DNA of 64,000 bases from an uncultured Gammaproteobacteria bacterium. GTDB lineage: Bacteria > Patescibacteriota > Microgenomatia > 2-02-FULL-39-11. The notes beneath the pieces are model-generated. The model was not told the origin of the DNA. It saw nothing but the letters and a program-made list of their open reading frames with translations, and searched no databases. The position numbers and the translations under genes were made by a program. Where the stretch lies: positions 48,308 to 112,307 of the forward strand of contig CAYIFB010000001.1 of the NCBI GenBank assembly GCA_964362665.1, given 5' to 3'. Shown here in pieces: positions 29,470 to 37,085 of the stretch (positions within the stretch are counted from its first letter, which is position 1; every line of letters begins with the position of its first letter).

Positions 29470-30644
29470 TTAAAAATATGAACATAGCTCTTATTGTTTA
29501 CTCAAATTATTCAAGCGATGCCAGGGTGAGAAGATATGCAGAAGTTTTGGCAGAAGACGGTCATCTGGTTGATGTAATCTGTCTAAGGGAAAATTATATA
29601 CCCAAAGAGAAGAAAATAAGACTGATTCAATATCCTATCAGACGCATAAGGCGTGGAATATCTTGGTACGTTATTGATTATTTTATGTTTTTTCTATACT
29701 CGTTTTTTATTTTGTCAATAAATTATTTTTCTAAAAAATATAAAATTGTACACGTCAATAATATGCCTGATTTTCTAGTTTTTACCGCAATCGTTCCCAA
29801 AATTCTTGGAAGTAAAATAATTCTGGATATGCACGATCCCATGCCGGAATTATATATGTCTAAATTCCATGTGAATGATAATAATATTTTTGTAAGATTA
29901 TTGAAGATTGTAGAGAAAACAGCTTTTCTTTTTGCTGATAAAGTTATAACTGCAAATGATGTATTTCGACAGCTATTTTTATCAAGAAATGATATTACAG
30001 ATAACCATATAAGCGTGATCTTAAACTGCCCGGATAATAATATTTTTAATAATAATTTTAAAAGAATAATAAAGGATAAATATTTTAACGTAATCTATAT
30101 GGGAACAGTTGATGATAGATTCAGAATTGATTTGACTATTAGTACAATGCCAGTTCTTATCAAAAAAATTCCTAATATCCGATTGGTAATTATTCCAAAA
30201 ATTGAGGAAGAAGGAATATATTTTCAAAATCTGAAAAAATCGGTAACAGAGAAAAAACTTGAAAATTTTGTGATATTTAAAAAACCTTTACCTTTAGAAA
30301 AGATTGCTGAAGAATTAAAATCCGCTGATATAGGCATAGTTTTAGCGGATAATAATGTTTTTACCGATAAGATATTTCCGGTAAAATTATTGGAATTTAT
30401 TCAGATGAAAATACCTATTATTGCTACAAAAACAAAATTGCTAGGTAAATATTTTACTGATAAAGAAATATTTTTTCTCCCGGAGAATTCGGTTGATGAA
30501 TTTTCAAAAGCGGTGACTGCATTATTTAACAACCCTCGTTTGCGAGGTCAACTAACCACGAACGCCAATAAATATTTATTGGTTAATAATTGGCGAAATG
30601 AACAAGTGAAATATATTAAAATCGTACGAAATTTAATTGAATAA
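29460..30644 (+). CDS. Glycosyltransferase (GT-B, GT4-like)
   Basis: Two Rossmann-like halves. The C-terminal half contains the EX7E-like region (…LPLEKIAEELKSADIGIVL…KLLEFIQMKIPIIAT). Confidence 0.5.
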   Translation: MVLIKNMNIALIVYSNYSSDARVRRYAEVLAEDGHLVDVICLRENYIPKEKKIRLIQYPIRRIRRGISWYVIDYFMFFLYSFFILSINYFSKKYKIVHVNNMPDFLVFTAIVPKILGSKIILDMHDPMPELYMSKFHVNDNNIFVRLLKIVEKTAFLFADKVITANDVFRQLFLSRNDITDNHISVILNCPDNNIFNNNFKRIIKDKYFNVIYMGTVDDRFRIDLTISTMPVLIKKIPNIRLVIIPKIEEEGIYFQNLKKSVTEKKLENFVIFKKPLPLEKIAEELKSADIGIVLADNNVFTDKIFPVKLLEFIQMKIPIIATKTKLLGKYFTDKEIFFLPENSVDEFSKAVTALFNNPRLRGQLTTNANKYLLVNNWRNEQVKYIKIVRNLIE

Positions 30645-30660
30645 TATTATATATACTTGA

Positions 30661-32010
30661 ATGCAAAAGAAGTATTTTTATCTCGGGCTGATTTTATTTT
30701 TTTTAATTACCTACCTCTCTCCCGGCAAAGTCATCTATTTCAGTGCGTATCTCGTCAGCACTTTTTTTTTCTATTTGGCGACCAAAAAAATTACCGAGAG
30801 TTTGATTTATTCTCTGATATTATCTTTATTTTTTGATTCTAGTATTGGAGCGAGTCTGTTTGCTATGCAGCCTCCCGAATGGAATTTGGGATCGGGTTAT
30901 GCGATTACACCGACTACATTAATATTACTCTCATTAATACCTTTTTCATTTAACAAAACATTCAGTAAGTTAAAAGCGCCGGATATAATAATTGCGATAT
31001 TTTATTGTATTAGTGTTTTTAATGTTTTCCTATTCCCCTATCCCAATTCCTTTTTCGGTTTAATCGGAATTAGTGAGTTTGTACTTTTATATTATATTTT
31101 AAGGATACATGTGAAAATTGAGCAGTTTGATTTTATAAAAATTATCCTTCTTAGTCTTTTGTGTTTTCAGATAACGATTGCAACAATACAGATTGTCAGA
31201 GGTACTTCCGCCGGATTTTTAGCTGAATCATCAAATCTAGAGCGCCCATACGGATATACGGCCAGCGAAGATGTAAATATTTTCCGTGTACCGGGAACCT
31301 TCGGACATCCGAATTTTCTGGCTTCATTTCTTCTGTTGGGAGTTTCATTTGTATTATTTAGTTCCCCTAGTAGTATTTTATATCTAGGATTGGGTGCATT
31401 AGATTTGGTGGTATTAATCTTTACTTCCAGCCGTGCAGCCTGGTTTATCTTTATGCTTATTATTGCTTTTTGGATTTGGTATCAGTTAAAAATTCTAAAA
31501 AAATCGGATAAAATAAGAACCACTTTAACTATATTTATTTTAATTATTGTTTTATTAATTCCTTTTATTATTACCCGCCTCAACACATTACCGCAGGCAT
31601 TTGATCCAAATGGGTCTGTAGATGTGCGCTATCAACTTAATAATGAAGCAATTAACATCATTTCCAAAAATCCAATAACCGGTGTCGGATTAAATAGAGC
31701 GATAGAATTTTACAGTAATTTTTTTTCGCCGGATGCCCTTCTTAGTATTATTGATGGTAGTTTTTATAAAATACATAATACTATTTTGGAAATTAGCACG
31801 GAGATAGGGGTTTTTGGAGGAATTATATTTTTAGCATTTTTCTTTACCATTTTTAAAACCGGGCTGAAATATATTCATGAAAAAAATAATTTTAAAATAG
31901 CTGCAACGATGGGACTTTTTGGAGTATTTTGTATTTCACTTTTTAATCCTTTCTTTCACACCCCACAAATGCGCTATCTTTTCCTCCTCTCCGCGATGAT
32001 TCTGGCGTGA
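30661..32010 (+). CDS. O-antigen ligase/polymerase family membrane protein (Wzy_C-like)
   Basis: About 10 TM helices with a large periplasmic loop (…RVPGTFGHPNFLASFLLLG…) typical of the O-antigen ligase family. Its last ~70 nt are re-used downstream in two partial copies. Confidence 0.6.
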   Translation: MQKKYFYLGLILFFLITYLSPGKVIYFSAYLVSTFFFYLATKKITESLIYSLILSLFFDSSIGASLFAMQPPEWNLGSGYAITPTTLILLSLIPFSFNKTFSKLKAPDIIIAIFYCISVFNVFLFPYPNSFFGLIGISEFVLLYYILRIHVKIEQFDFIKIILLSLLCFQITIATIQIVRGTSAGFLAESSNLERPYGYTASEDVNIFRVPGTFGHPNFLASFLLLGVSFVLFSSPSSILYLGLGALDLVVLIFTSSRAAWFIFMLIIAFWIWYQLKILKKSDKIRTTLTIFILIIVLLIPFIITRLNTLPQAFDPNGSVDVRYQLNNEAINIISKNPITGVGLNRAIEFYSNFFSPDALLSIIDGSFYKIHNTILEISTEIGVFGGIIFLAFFFTIFKTGLKYIHEKNNFKIAATMGLFGVFCISLFNPFFHTPQMRYLFLLSAMILA

Positions 32011-32048
32011 TAGAAAAAACTAGTTATTTATGGTAAACTATTTTAAAC

Positions 32049-32318
32049 ATGAAGATAGTAAAAAAGGTATTTGAATACGAGTTACCCATAAAAGTCCAGA
32101 AAGAAAAAGACGGTTATATTGCCACTTGTCCGATCTGGAATGCTTGTTATGTTCAAGGAGATACCATTGATGAGGTAACGGCAGAAATTACCACAGTTGC
32201 CCAGGTGTTAATCGATATTTATAAAGAGGAAAATTTAGCTATTCCCCTAAAAAAGGTAAATGAACAATCCGTAAAAGAAAAATTCTCTTTCACCCTACCA
32301 GTGCTCGTATCTGCATGA
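32049..32318 (+). CDS. hicB: HicB-family antitoxin (UPF0150, RNase-H-like fold)
   Basis: EYELPIKVQKEKDGYIATCPIWNACYVQGDTIDEVTAEITTVAQVLIDIY matches HicB. Confidence 0.7.
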   Translation: MKIVKKVFEYELPIKVQKEKDGYIATCPIWNACYVQGDTIDEVTAEITTVAQVLIDIYKEENLAIPLKKVNEQSVKEKFSFTLPVLVSA

Positions 32319-32533
32319 AGATTCCACCTCTTTCCTATAGGGACGTAATACACAAAGCAAGAAAAGCAGGGTTCGTATTCAGAAGAGCAACTGGCGGGAC
32401 TCATGAAATTTGGTGGAATGAGAAGAAAAGGAAAACCGCAGTTATTCCTCACCATCATGAAATCCGTCCCGGAACCATTAGAAGTATTATCAAACAACTG
32501 GGGATAACCGATAAAGAATTCTTAAAATTATGA
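32315..32533 (+). CDS. hicA: HicA-family mRNA interferase toxin
   Basis: GFVFRRATGGTHEIWWNEKKRKTAVIPHHHEIRPGTIRSIIKQLGI matches HicA. ATGA overlap with hicB. Confidence 0.7.
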   Translation: MKIPPLSYRDVIHKARKAGFVFRRATGGTHEIWWNEKKRKTAVIPHHHEIRPGTIRSIIKQLGITDKEFLKL

Positions 32534-32574
32534 GAAATTCATATCCCTTCTTGCTGATCAACCAAATGAGGTAC

Positions 32575-32606
32575 TTTTTCCTCCTCTCCGCGATGATTCT
32601 GGCGTG
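32575..32606 (+). repeat. Second copy (3' portion, 32 nt identical) of the Wzy-like gene 3' end. A diverged upstream part begins at ~32538.
   Basis: ttttcctcctctccgcgatgattctggcgtga is identical to 31979-32010. Confidence 0.85.
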
Positions 32607-32608
32607 AA

Positions 32609-33019
32609 TTGATATGTTTTGAAGTAGTTGATTTAACTTATTTCACATGCCAGAATATACTTATGATAACAAAAAATGATCTAGGACAATTAAGGAAAGG
32701 TTTAGGGAAAGAAATTGGTGATTCGGCAAATAAACTGAAAGAAGAATTAAAAGCGGAAATCAATGCTTCAGCAAAAAGTCTCAGAAAAGAATTCAAAGAG
32801 GATATCGAAACCGCAGTAGTTCAAGTTATTAATGCAGTTATCAAACACACTGCCTCAAAAGAGGAGTTAAAGAGAGTTAAGGGAGAATTGAGTGAAAAGA
32901 TTGATACTATAAAATCAGAATTAAGTTCAGAAATAAAAGCCGATACTCCTACCCCGCAGGAATTTACAAGTCACGAAAAGAGAATAAGTAAATTGGAATC
33001 TGCTGTGTTTCCTTCTTAA
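32609..33019 (+). CDS. Hypothetical coiled-coil protein. The probable start is the internal ATG at ~32663.
   Basis: Lys/Glu-rich heptad-like sequence. No recognisable domain. Bounded by copies 2 and 3 of the Wzy 3'-end repeat. Confidence 0.35.
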   Translation: MICFEVVDLTYFTCQNILMITKNDLGQLRKGLGKEIGDSANKLKEELKAEINASAKSLRKEFKEDIETAVVQVINAVIKHTASKEELKRVKGELSEKIDTIKSELSSEIKADTPTPQEFTSHEKRISKLESAVFPS

Positions 33020-33066
33020 ATCCTTCTTTCACACCCCACAAATGCGCTATCTTTTCCTCCTCTCCA
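33019..33066 (+). repeat. Third copy (5' portion, ~47 nt with 1 indel) of the Wzy-like gene 3' end
   Basis: aatccttctttcacaccccacaaatgcgctatcttttcctcctctcc matches 31948-31995. Confidence 0.85.
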
Positions 33067-33148
33067 CTCTTATCTTAAGCCAGGAATGTACATTACCAGT
33101 ACGAACGTATAGTCATTTACCGGGAGAAAGTGATATACTTGGCTAATT

Positions 33149-33412
33149 ATGCTCAACTGGAATGTTGATGAGAAAAGGTTTATAAAAGAAGACCCGGAGG
33201 GGTATAAACGCTGGAGGATCGAACAACTGATAAATTACGGTCTGGATGGAGAAAAACTGGACAAGGATGAGGTAAAAAAAGCCTGGCCCATGATAAAAGA
33301 GAACATTGATCCGTATAAGCGCAGGCTTATAGAATATATCTTATGGGAAAAACTATACTTACTCCCACTCAACGGAAATTTCTGGAGTGCATCCAGAATT
33401 ACGAAGAGATAA
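33149..33412 (+). CDS. Small partner protein of the nucleotidyltransferase module (putative antitoxin-like). Paralog of 10457-10741.
   Basis: See the alignment under the 10457-10741 feature. It overlaps the downstream gene by 70 nt in a different frame, as in the first copy. Confidence 0.5.
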   Translation: MLNWNVDEKRFIKEDPEGYKRWRIEQLINYGLDGEKLDKDEVKKAWPMIKENIDPYKRRLIEYILWEKLYLLPLNGNFWSASRITKR

Positions 33413-33990
33413 CCCGCTGGTTTTATCTGACCGGTGGAACTGCTCTTTCGGAAGATATTGATCTGTTTTCTACAAGTGAAGTAGATGATAAGACTATTGA
33501 TAAATTTTTGGATGATATTCGTCCACAACTGCAAATTACTTCAATAAAAAAAGACCATATTTCAGGATTGTTCTTATATAAATTAACTTTTTCAAACGGA
33601 GAAACATTGAAAGTTGATTTTAATGAATATGCATTTGAACCAATTGAAAAAAGTACTAAAAATTTCGGGAAATTACAGGTAGACAGTTTCTACGATATAG
33701 CAGTAAATAAAGCCTATACCATATCGGGACGCTTTAAATCTCGTGATTTTATCGATCTCTATTTTATCCTCATTCGAGAGGAATTCTCTTTTGAACAAAT
33801 TCTTTCGCGTGTACCAGATAAATTTGGAGTGCAGATCGATTCAGTATTTTATGCAAGCCAACTTCTTCGGGCAGGTGATTTGCCAAAAGATTATCCCCCT
33901 ATGCTTGTCCCTTTTGAATTTGATGATATGGTGAAGTTTTTTGTGAAAGAAGCAAAACGATTGGGAAAAAAGGCTTTTAAGAACCCTTGA
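33343..33990 (+). CDS. Nucleotidyltransferase, AbiEii/AbiGii-toxin-like. Paralog of 9849-10565.
   Basis: WFYLTGGTALSEDIDLFS nucleotidyltransferase motif. Similar length and architecture to the first copy. Confidence 0.6.
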   Translation: MGKTILTPTQRKFLECIQNYEEITRWFYLTGGTALSEDIDLFSTSEVDDKTIDKFLDDIRPQLQITSIKKDHISGLFLYKLTFSNGETLKVDFNEYAFEPIEKSTKNFGKLQVDSFYDIAVNKAYTISGRFKSRDFIDLYFILIREEFSFEQILSRVPDKFGVQIDSVFYASQLLRAGDLPKDYPPMLVPFEFDDMVKFFVKEAKRLGKKAFKNP

Positions 33991-34014
33991 TTTCCGATCT
34001 TATTATATTTATAC
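33986..34014 (+). promoter_or_regulatory. Sigma70-like promoter candidate (TTGATT-17-TATACT) for the cassette-1 exported protein and peptide
   Basis: Read from the sequence immediately after the nucleotidyltransferase stop. The downstream ATG is at 34029. Confidence 0.3.
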
Positions 34015-34532
34015 TGAAGTTAGCGACTATGTATCGAACCCTAAAAATTCTATTTGTAATTTTGTTGGTTCTGACGATTACAGAAGCAGGATATTATATT
34101 TACGTATTAAAATATCCTATTAAACCAGCCCAAAATAACCCCTCATTAGCTCCAAGTATATCTTCCGATCAAAAAATTGACAGGAGTGCATATCTTTTTG
34201 ACCAGATTACAGCCTCTGATCCTTATCAGTTCGTAAAACACTTCGGTATGAATGATAATCAGAATTTATATTTAATTCTTGAGCAAAAAGGAATTGCACA
34301 GATAGATAAATCCGATGACGGTAAAGACATATATCTCACCATACAAAACGATCAGCATAAAAAAATCGTAAGCATTAATATAGTCAATTCCCTGAAAATT
34401 ACGAAGATAGTAAAGGGTGAAAAAACTCCGATTAGCAAGGACCAAATTAAAACCGGAGACAATATTCTTTATACCCTGAAAGGTGATTTAGTTGACCAGA
34501 AAAAAAGCAGTGGAGAAATTACAATCTTATGA
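33987..34532 (+). CDS. Cassette 1: membrane-anchored/exported protein. The probable start is the ATG at 34029 (MYRTLKILF…).
   Basis: N-terminal TM/signal anchor LKILFVILLVLTITEAGYYIYVL, then PIKPAQNNPSLAPSISSDQKI. The first ~50 aa are near-identical, at DNA level too, to the 36317 paralog. The C-terminal domains differ. Confidence 0.5.
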   Translation: MISDLIIFILKLATMYRTLKILFVILLVLTITEAGYYIYVLKYPIKPAQNNPSLAPSISSDQKIDRSAYLFDQITASDPYQFVKHFGMNDNQNLYLILEQKGIAQIDKSDDGKDIYLTIQNDQHKKIVSINIVNSLKITKIVKGEKTPISKDQIKTGDNILYTLKGDLVDQKKSSGEITIL

Positions 34533-34729
34533 GAAAAAATCCCTTTGCTCCTTATTGTAAGCCCAAAATTAATACGAAAAAGATCAACTTTCTTGTTATG
34601 TTTGGGCATTCATTTCCTGATGAGAACGGTTATCTAGCACAAGTTTGTGATTGTGGAGCGCCATGCTACGGCAATGTTATAGGGAGACCCTGTTATTGTC
34701 TGAATGGGACGGGGGGATGTTCTAGCTAG
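34529..34729 (+). CDS. Cassette 1: Cys-rich small peptide (candidate precursor or secreted disulfide-rich peptide), translationally coupled (ATGA) to the upstream gene
   Basis: 66 aa. Leader-like N-terminus KPKINTKKINFLVMF shared with the 36879 paralog. Core VCDCGAPCYGNVIGRPCYCLNGTGGCSS has 6 Cys, is Gly-rich and ends in C-terminal Ser-Ser. Confidence 0.5.
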   Translation: MRKNPFAPYCKPKINTKKINFLVMFGHSFPDENGYLAQVCDCGAPCYGNVIGRPCYCLNGTGGCSS

Positions 34730-34731
34730 GT

Positions 34732-35547
34732 CTAAGCACTGTTGTTTATCTTAAGTAATTCGCATATCTTTTCTTCATTTTTGGCAAAATAAAGAAGATA
34801 AAACCTCGGATTAGACTTGACGAAATTCATAATCGTCTTGATCTGACTTCTCATATCTTTTTCAAGACTCCATGTTTGGGCTGAAATTAGAGTGATAATT
34901 TTATTATTATTTTTCAACTGTATCAACCGGCAATCTTTTGCTTTACGCAGAAAATAAATGCTTTCAATAGGATATCGTTTAAAAGTTTTTTTGATCCATT
35001 TGTACTTTTCCACCACCGGTGATTGATAAAAATAGAAACTATTATTTTCCTTAATGATAATACCGCTTTCATCAACAAGGGGGATCGACTGTCTTCTCGT
35101 CAGATTTAAGATGGTCGATTTGCCGGCTCCGGAAGGGCCGACAAACACATGTGCTTTTCCGTCAATTTCTACAGCTGAACAGTGAAGAAAGAAACCATTA
35201 TTCTTTAAAAGAGCATTCTGAACGACGCGAAGTAAAAGCGTGATGAAGTGATTGATACTGATATGAAGATAGGTGAAAACCTTATTATTCTTCACATGAT
35301 AAAAAGCGAGAGTGAAATAAGGCAGTTTTAGCTTTTTTTGAAACACGTAAGGGGCAGAAGGTAAAAAGTTTATTTCTGTGAGGCATTTTTTGCCTCTTTG
35401 ACCTTTTACAATAAAACCCGCATAAATATTGTTAATTTTTTCCCGGATATTATTTACCGGATTTTTACCCTGCGTCGGGGCAAACTTCAGTTTGATGAGA
35501 AAACCTGCAATGTAAAAATACAAAACATTTTTTTTCATATACTTCAA
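34732..35547 (-). CDS. HPr-kinase-C-terminal-domain-like P-loop kinase (HprK-related / lasso-peptide-kinase-like)
   Basis: FFLHCSAVEIDGKAHVFVGPSGAGKSTILNL resembles the HprK active-site P-loop (G-x-SG-x-GKS). Convergent with, and 2 nt from, the peptide gene. Confidence 0.6.
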   Translation of the reverse strand: MKYMKKNVLYFYIAGFLIKLKFAPTQGKNPVNNIREKINNIYAGFIVKGQRGKKCLTEINFLPSAPYVFQKKLKLPYFTLAFYHVKNNKVFTYLHISINHFITLLLRVVQNALLKNNGFFLHCSAVEIDGKAHVFVGPSGAGKSTILNLTRRQSIPLVDESGIIIKENNSFYFYQSPVVEKYKWIKKTFKRYPIESIYFLRKAKDCRLIQLKNNNKIITLISAQTWSLEKDMRSQIKTIMNFVKSNPRFYLLYFAKNEEKICELLKINNSA

Positions 35548-35745
35548 GATTGAGAAGATATAAAAAATACAGTATTATCCTCTTGATATATGAATAAAAT
35601 CATCAGGATGATTAGATTTAAGCGTAAATTCTGTATTAAAGCAACTGGTAACAGCATGCTGCCTCTTCTTTTCTCGGGAGACGTATTATACCTAAAAAAA
35701 TTCACTTAAAGACGTCTGAAAAAACCTATATTCCCCTTTTTCTTT

Positions 35746-36228
35746 TTATATAATATTTAAGTCATCACCCAGCGGATGGTATTCGTCTTTGAGTAAATTT
35801 AAAATAGTGGTTTTTCCTGCACCTGAATTACCCAAGAAAACATAAGCTTTATGATTGATACATACTGAAGATGCATGCAGAAGAAATCCTCCTTCTTTTG
35901 CCAAAATGTCTTCGATAGCGTCGCGAAAAAGCAGGTTAAACTCCCCCAGATTCACGTGATAGTAAATTTCGCGATTATTGGAATCTATTTTTCTGCATGC
36001 CTTAAGGTAAATAAATTCATTTTCCCGGTAAAAGATACTGGGTTCACGAAAATCCACAAAGTGGATGATATGTAGAGGATTTTTTTTAGATATCGAAAAA
36101 TTCTTCAAATTAAAGATGACGTTTTCGATAAATTTCTCCCGATGCAGGATAAAAATGCTTTCATGAAACCTGAATTCCAGCACCATCCCTGCAATTTTGA
36201 AAAAATATGAAGAAGTCCCCTTGTTCAT
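35746..36228 (-). pseudogene. Truncated HprK-like kinase paralog (P-loop present, C-terminal ~110 aa missing or frameshifted)
   Basis: GFLLHASSVCINHKAYVFLGNSGAGKTTILNL, then a stop after …PLGDDLNII. A shifted frame just downstream translates …GEYRFFQTS…, which resembles the …YYGFQSP… block of the full-length paralogs. Confidence 0.5.
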
Positions 36229-36269
36229 AATTGTTAATGATACATCAAACGATAGTTTTTCATCAAAAC

Positions 36270-36298
36270 TTGACTAGAATCAATTTTGCGGATATTCT
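36270..36298 (+). promoter_or_regulatory. Sigma70-like promoter candidate (TTGACT-17-TATTCT) for cassette 2
   Basis: Read from the sequence. ATG at 36317. Confidence 0.3.
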
Positions 36299-36316
36299 TA
36301 ATAATAGATAGACATT

Positions 36317-36877
36317 ATGTATAAACTATTGAAAATATTATTCGTCTTATTATTGTTTCTGACGATTACAGAAGCAGGATATTATATTTACGTATTAAAA
36401 TATCCTATTAAACCAGCCCAAAATAACCCCTCATTAGCTCCAAGTATATCTTCCGATCAAAAAATTGAGCAGTTGAGAAGTAGCTCATCTATAGTTCCTC
36501 AAGTTACTCAAACAAACTTGCCAACCATACAGCCTCTCATTTCTTCTGATTCGATCACGTATCTTCAGAATATGAAGTTTGTGAAGAATAAAACAATTGT
36601 TGTCACCATCGAAGAGTCAGGATATGTTGATACTATTCAGCTTCAACCAAAGGGGAGTGCAACAGAATTAAAATTAGTTGATGAAAATGGAACCATAATA
36701 TCTGCAATTTCTAGGGATCTTGAATTTTGGAATAAAAATCTATTTAAAAAGATAGCAAACAGTGATGTTCCTTTCAGCATAACTGATCTTAAAAAAGGAG
36801 ACTTTATCATGCATTCATATCAAATGAACATAACAGACAATACAGATAATCATAAGTATGTAGTTATATCAAAATAA
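36317..36877 (+). CDS. Cassette 2: membrane-anchored/exported protein, paralog of 34029-34532
   Basis: MYKLLKILFVLLLFLTITEAGYYIYVLKYPIKPAQNNPSLAPSISSDQKI… The stretch 36360-36471 is ~100% identical in DNA to 34069-34180, then diverges. Confidence 0.5.
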   Translation: MYKLLKILFVLLLFLTITEAGYYIYVLKYPIKPAQNNPSLAPSISSDQKIEQLRSSSSIVPQVTQTNLPTIQPLISSDSITYLQNMKFVKNKTIVVTIEESGYVDTIQLQPKGSATELKLVDENGTIISAISRDLEFWNKNLFKKIANSDVPFSITDLKKGDFIMHSYQMNITDNTDNHKYVVISK

Positions 36878-36878
36878 T

Positions 36879-37085
36879 ATGAAGAATAAACAAATATATA
36901 AAAAGCCAGGTATCAAGGTTAAAAAAATTCATTTTAATGTTCTCTTTACCAATTTTAACGATAATTCTTTACTAGCACTAGTAGGACCGGGTCAACTATG
37001 TTGTGGAAATCCTGAACTCTATTGTCCTAGTTCCTGTAGTGGTGGTTGTAGTGTTTGTCCACAAGATGGGTACTGTGCATGCTAG
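36879..37085 (+). CDS. Cassette 2: Cys-rich small peptide, paralog of 34529-34729
   Basis: 68 aa. Leader KKPGIKVKKIHFNVLFTNF. Core GQLCCGNPELYCPSSCSGGCSVCPQDGYCAC has 8 Cys. Its start is 2 nt after the upstream stop. Confidence 0.5.
   Translation: MKNKQIYKKPGIKVKKIHFNVLFTNFNDNSLLALVGPGQLCCGNPELYCPSSCSGGCSVCPQDGYCAC

Noticed and set aside
31938-33070. Integron (attC cassettes) interpretation of the cassette hotspot
   Set aside because: There is no intI, no attI/Pc, and the repeated segments are copies of a gene's 3' end rather than imperfect-palindrome attC sites. I kept it only as a loose analogy.
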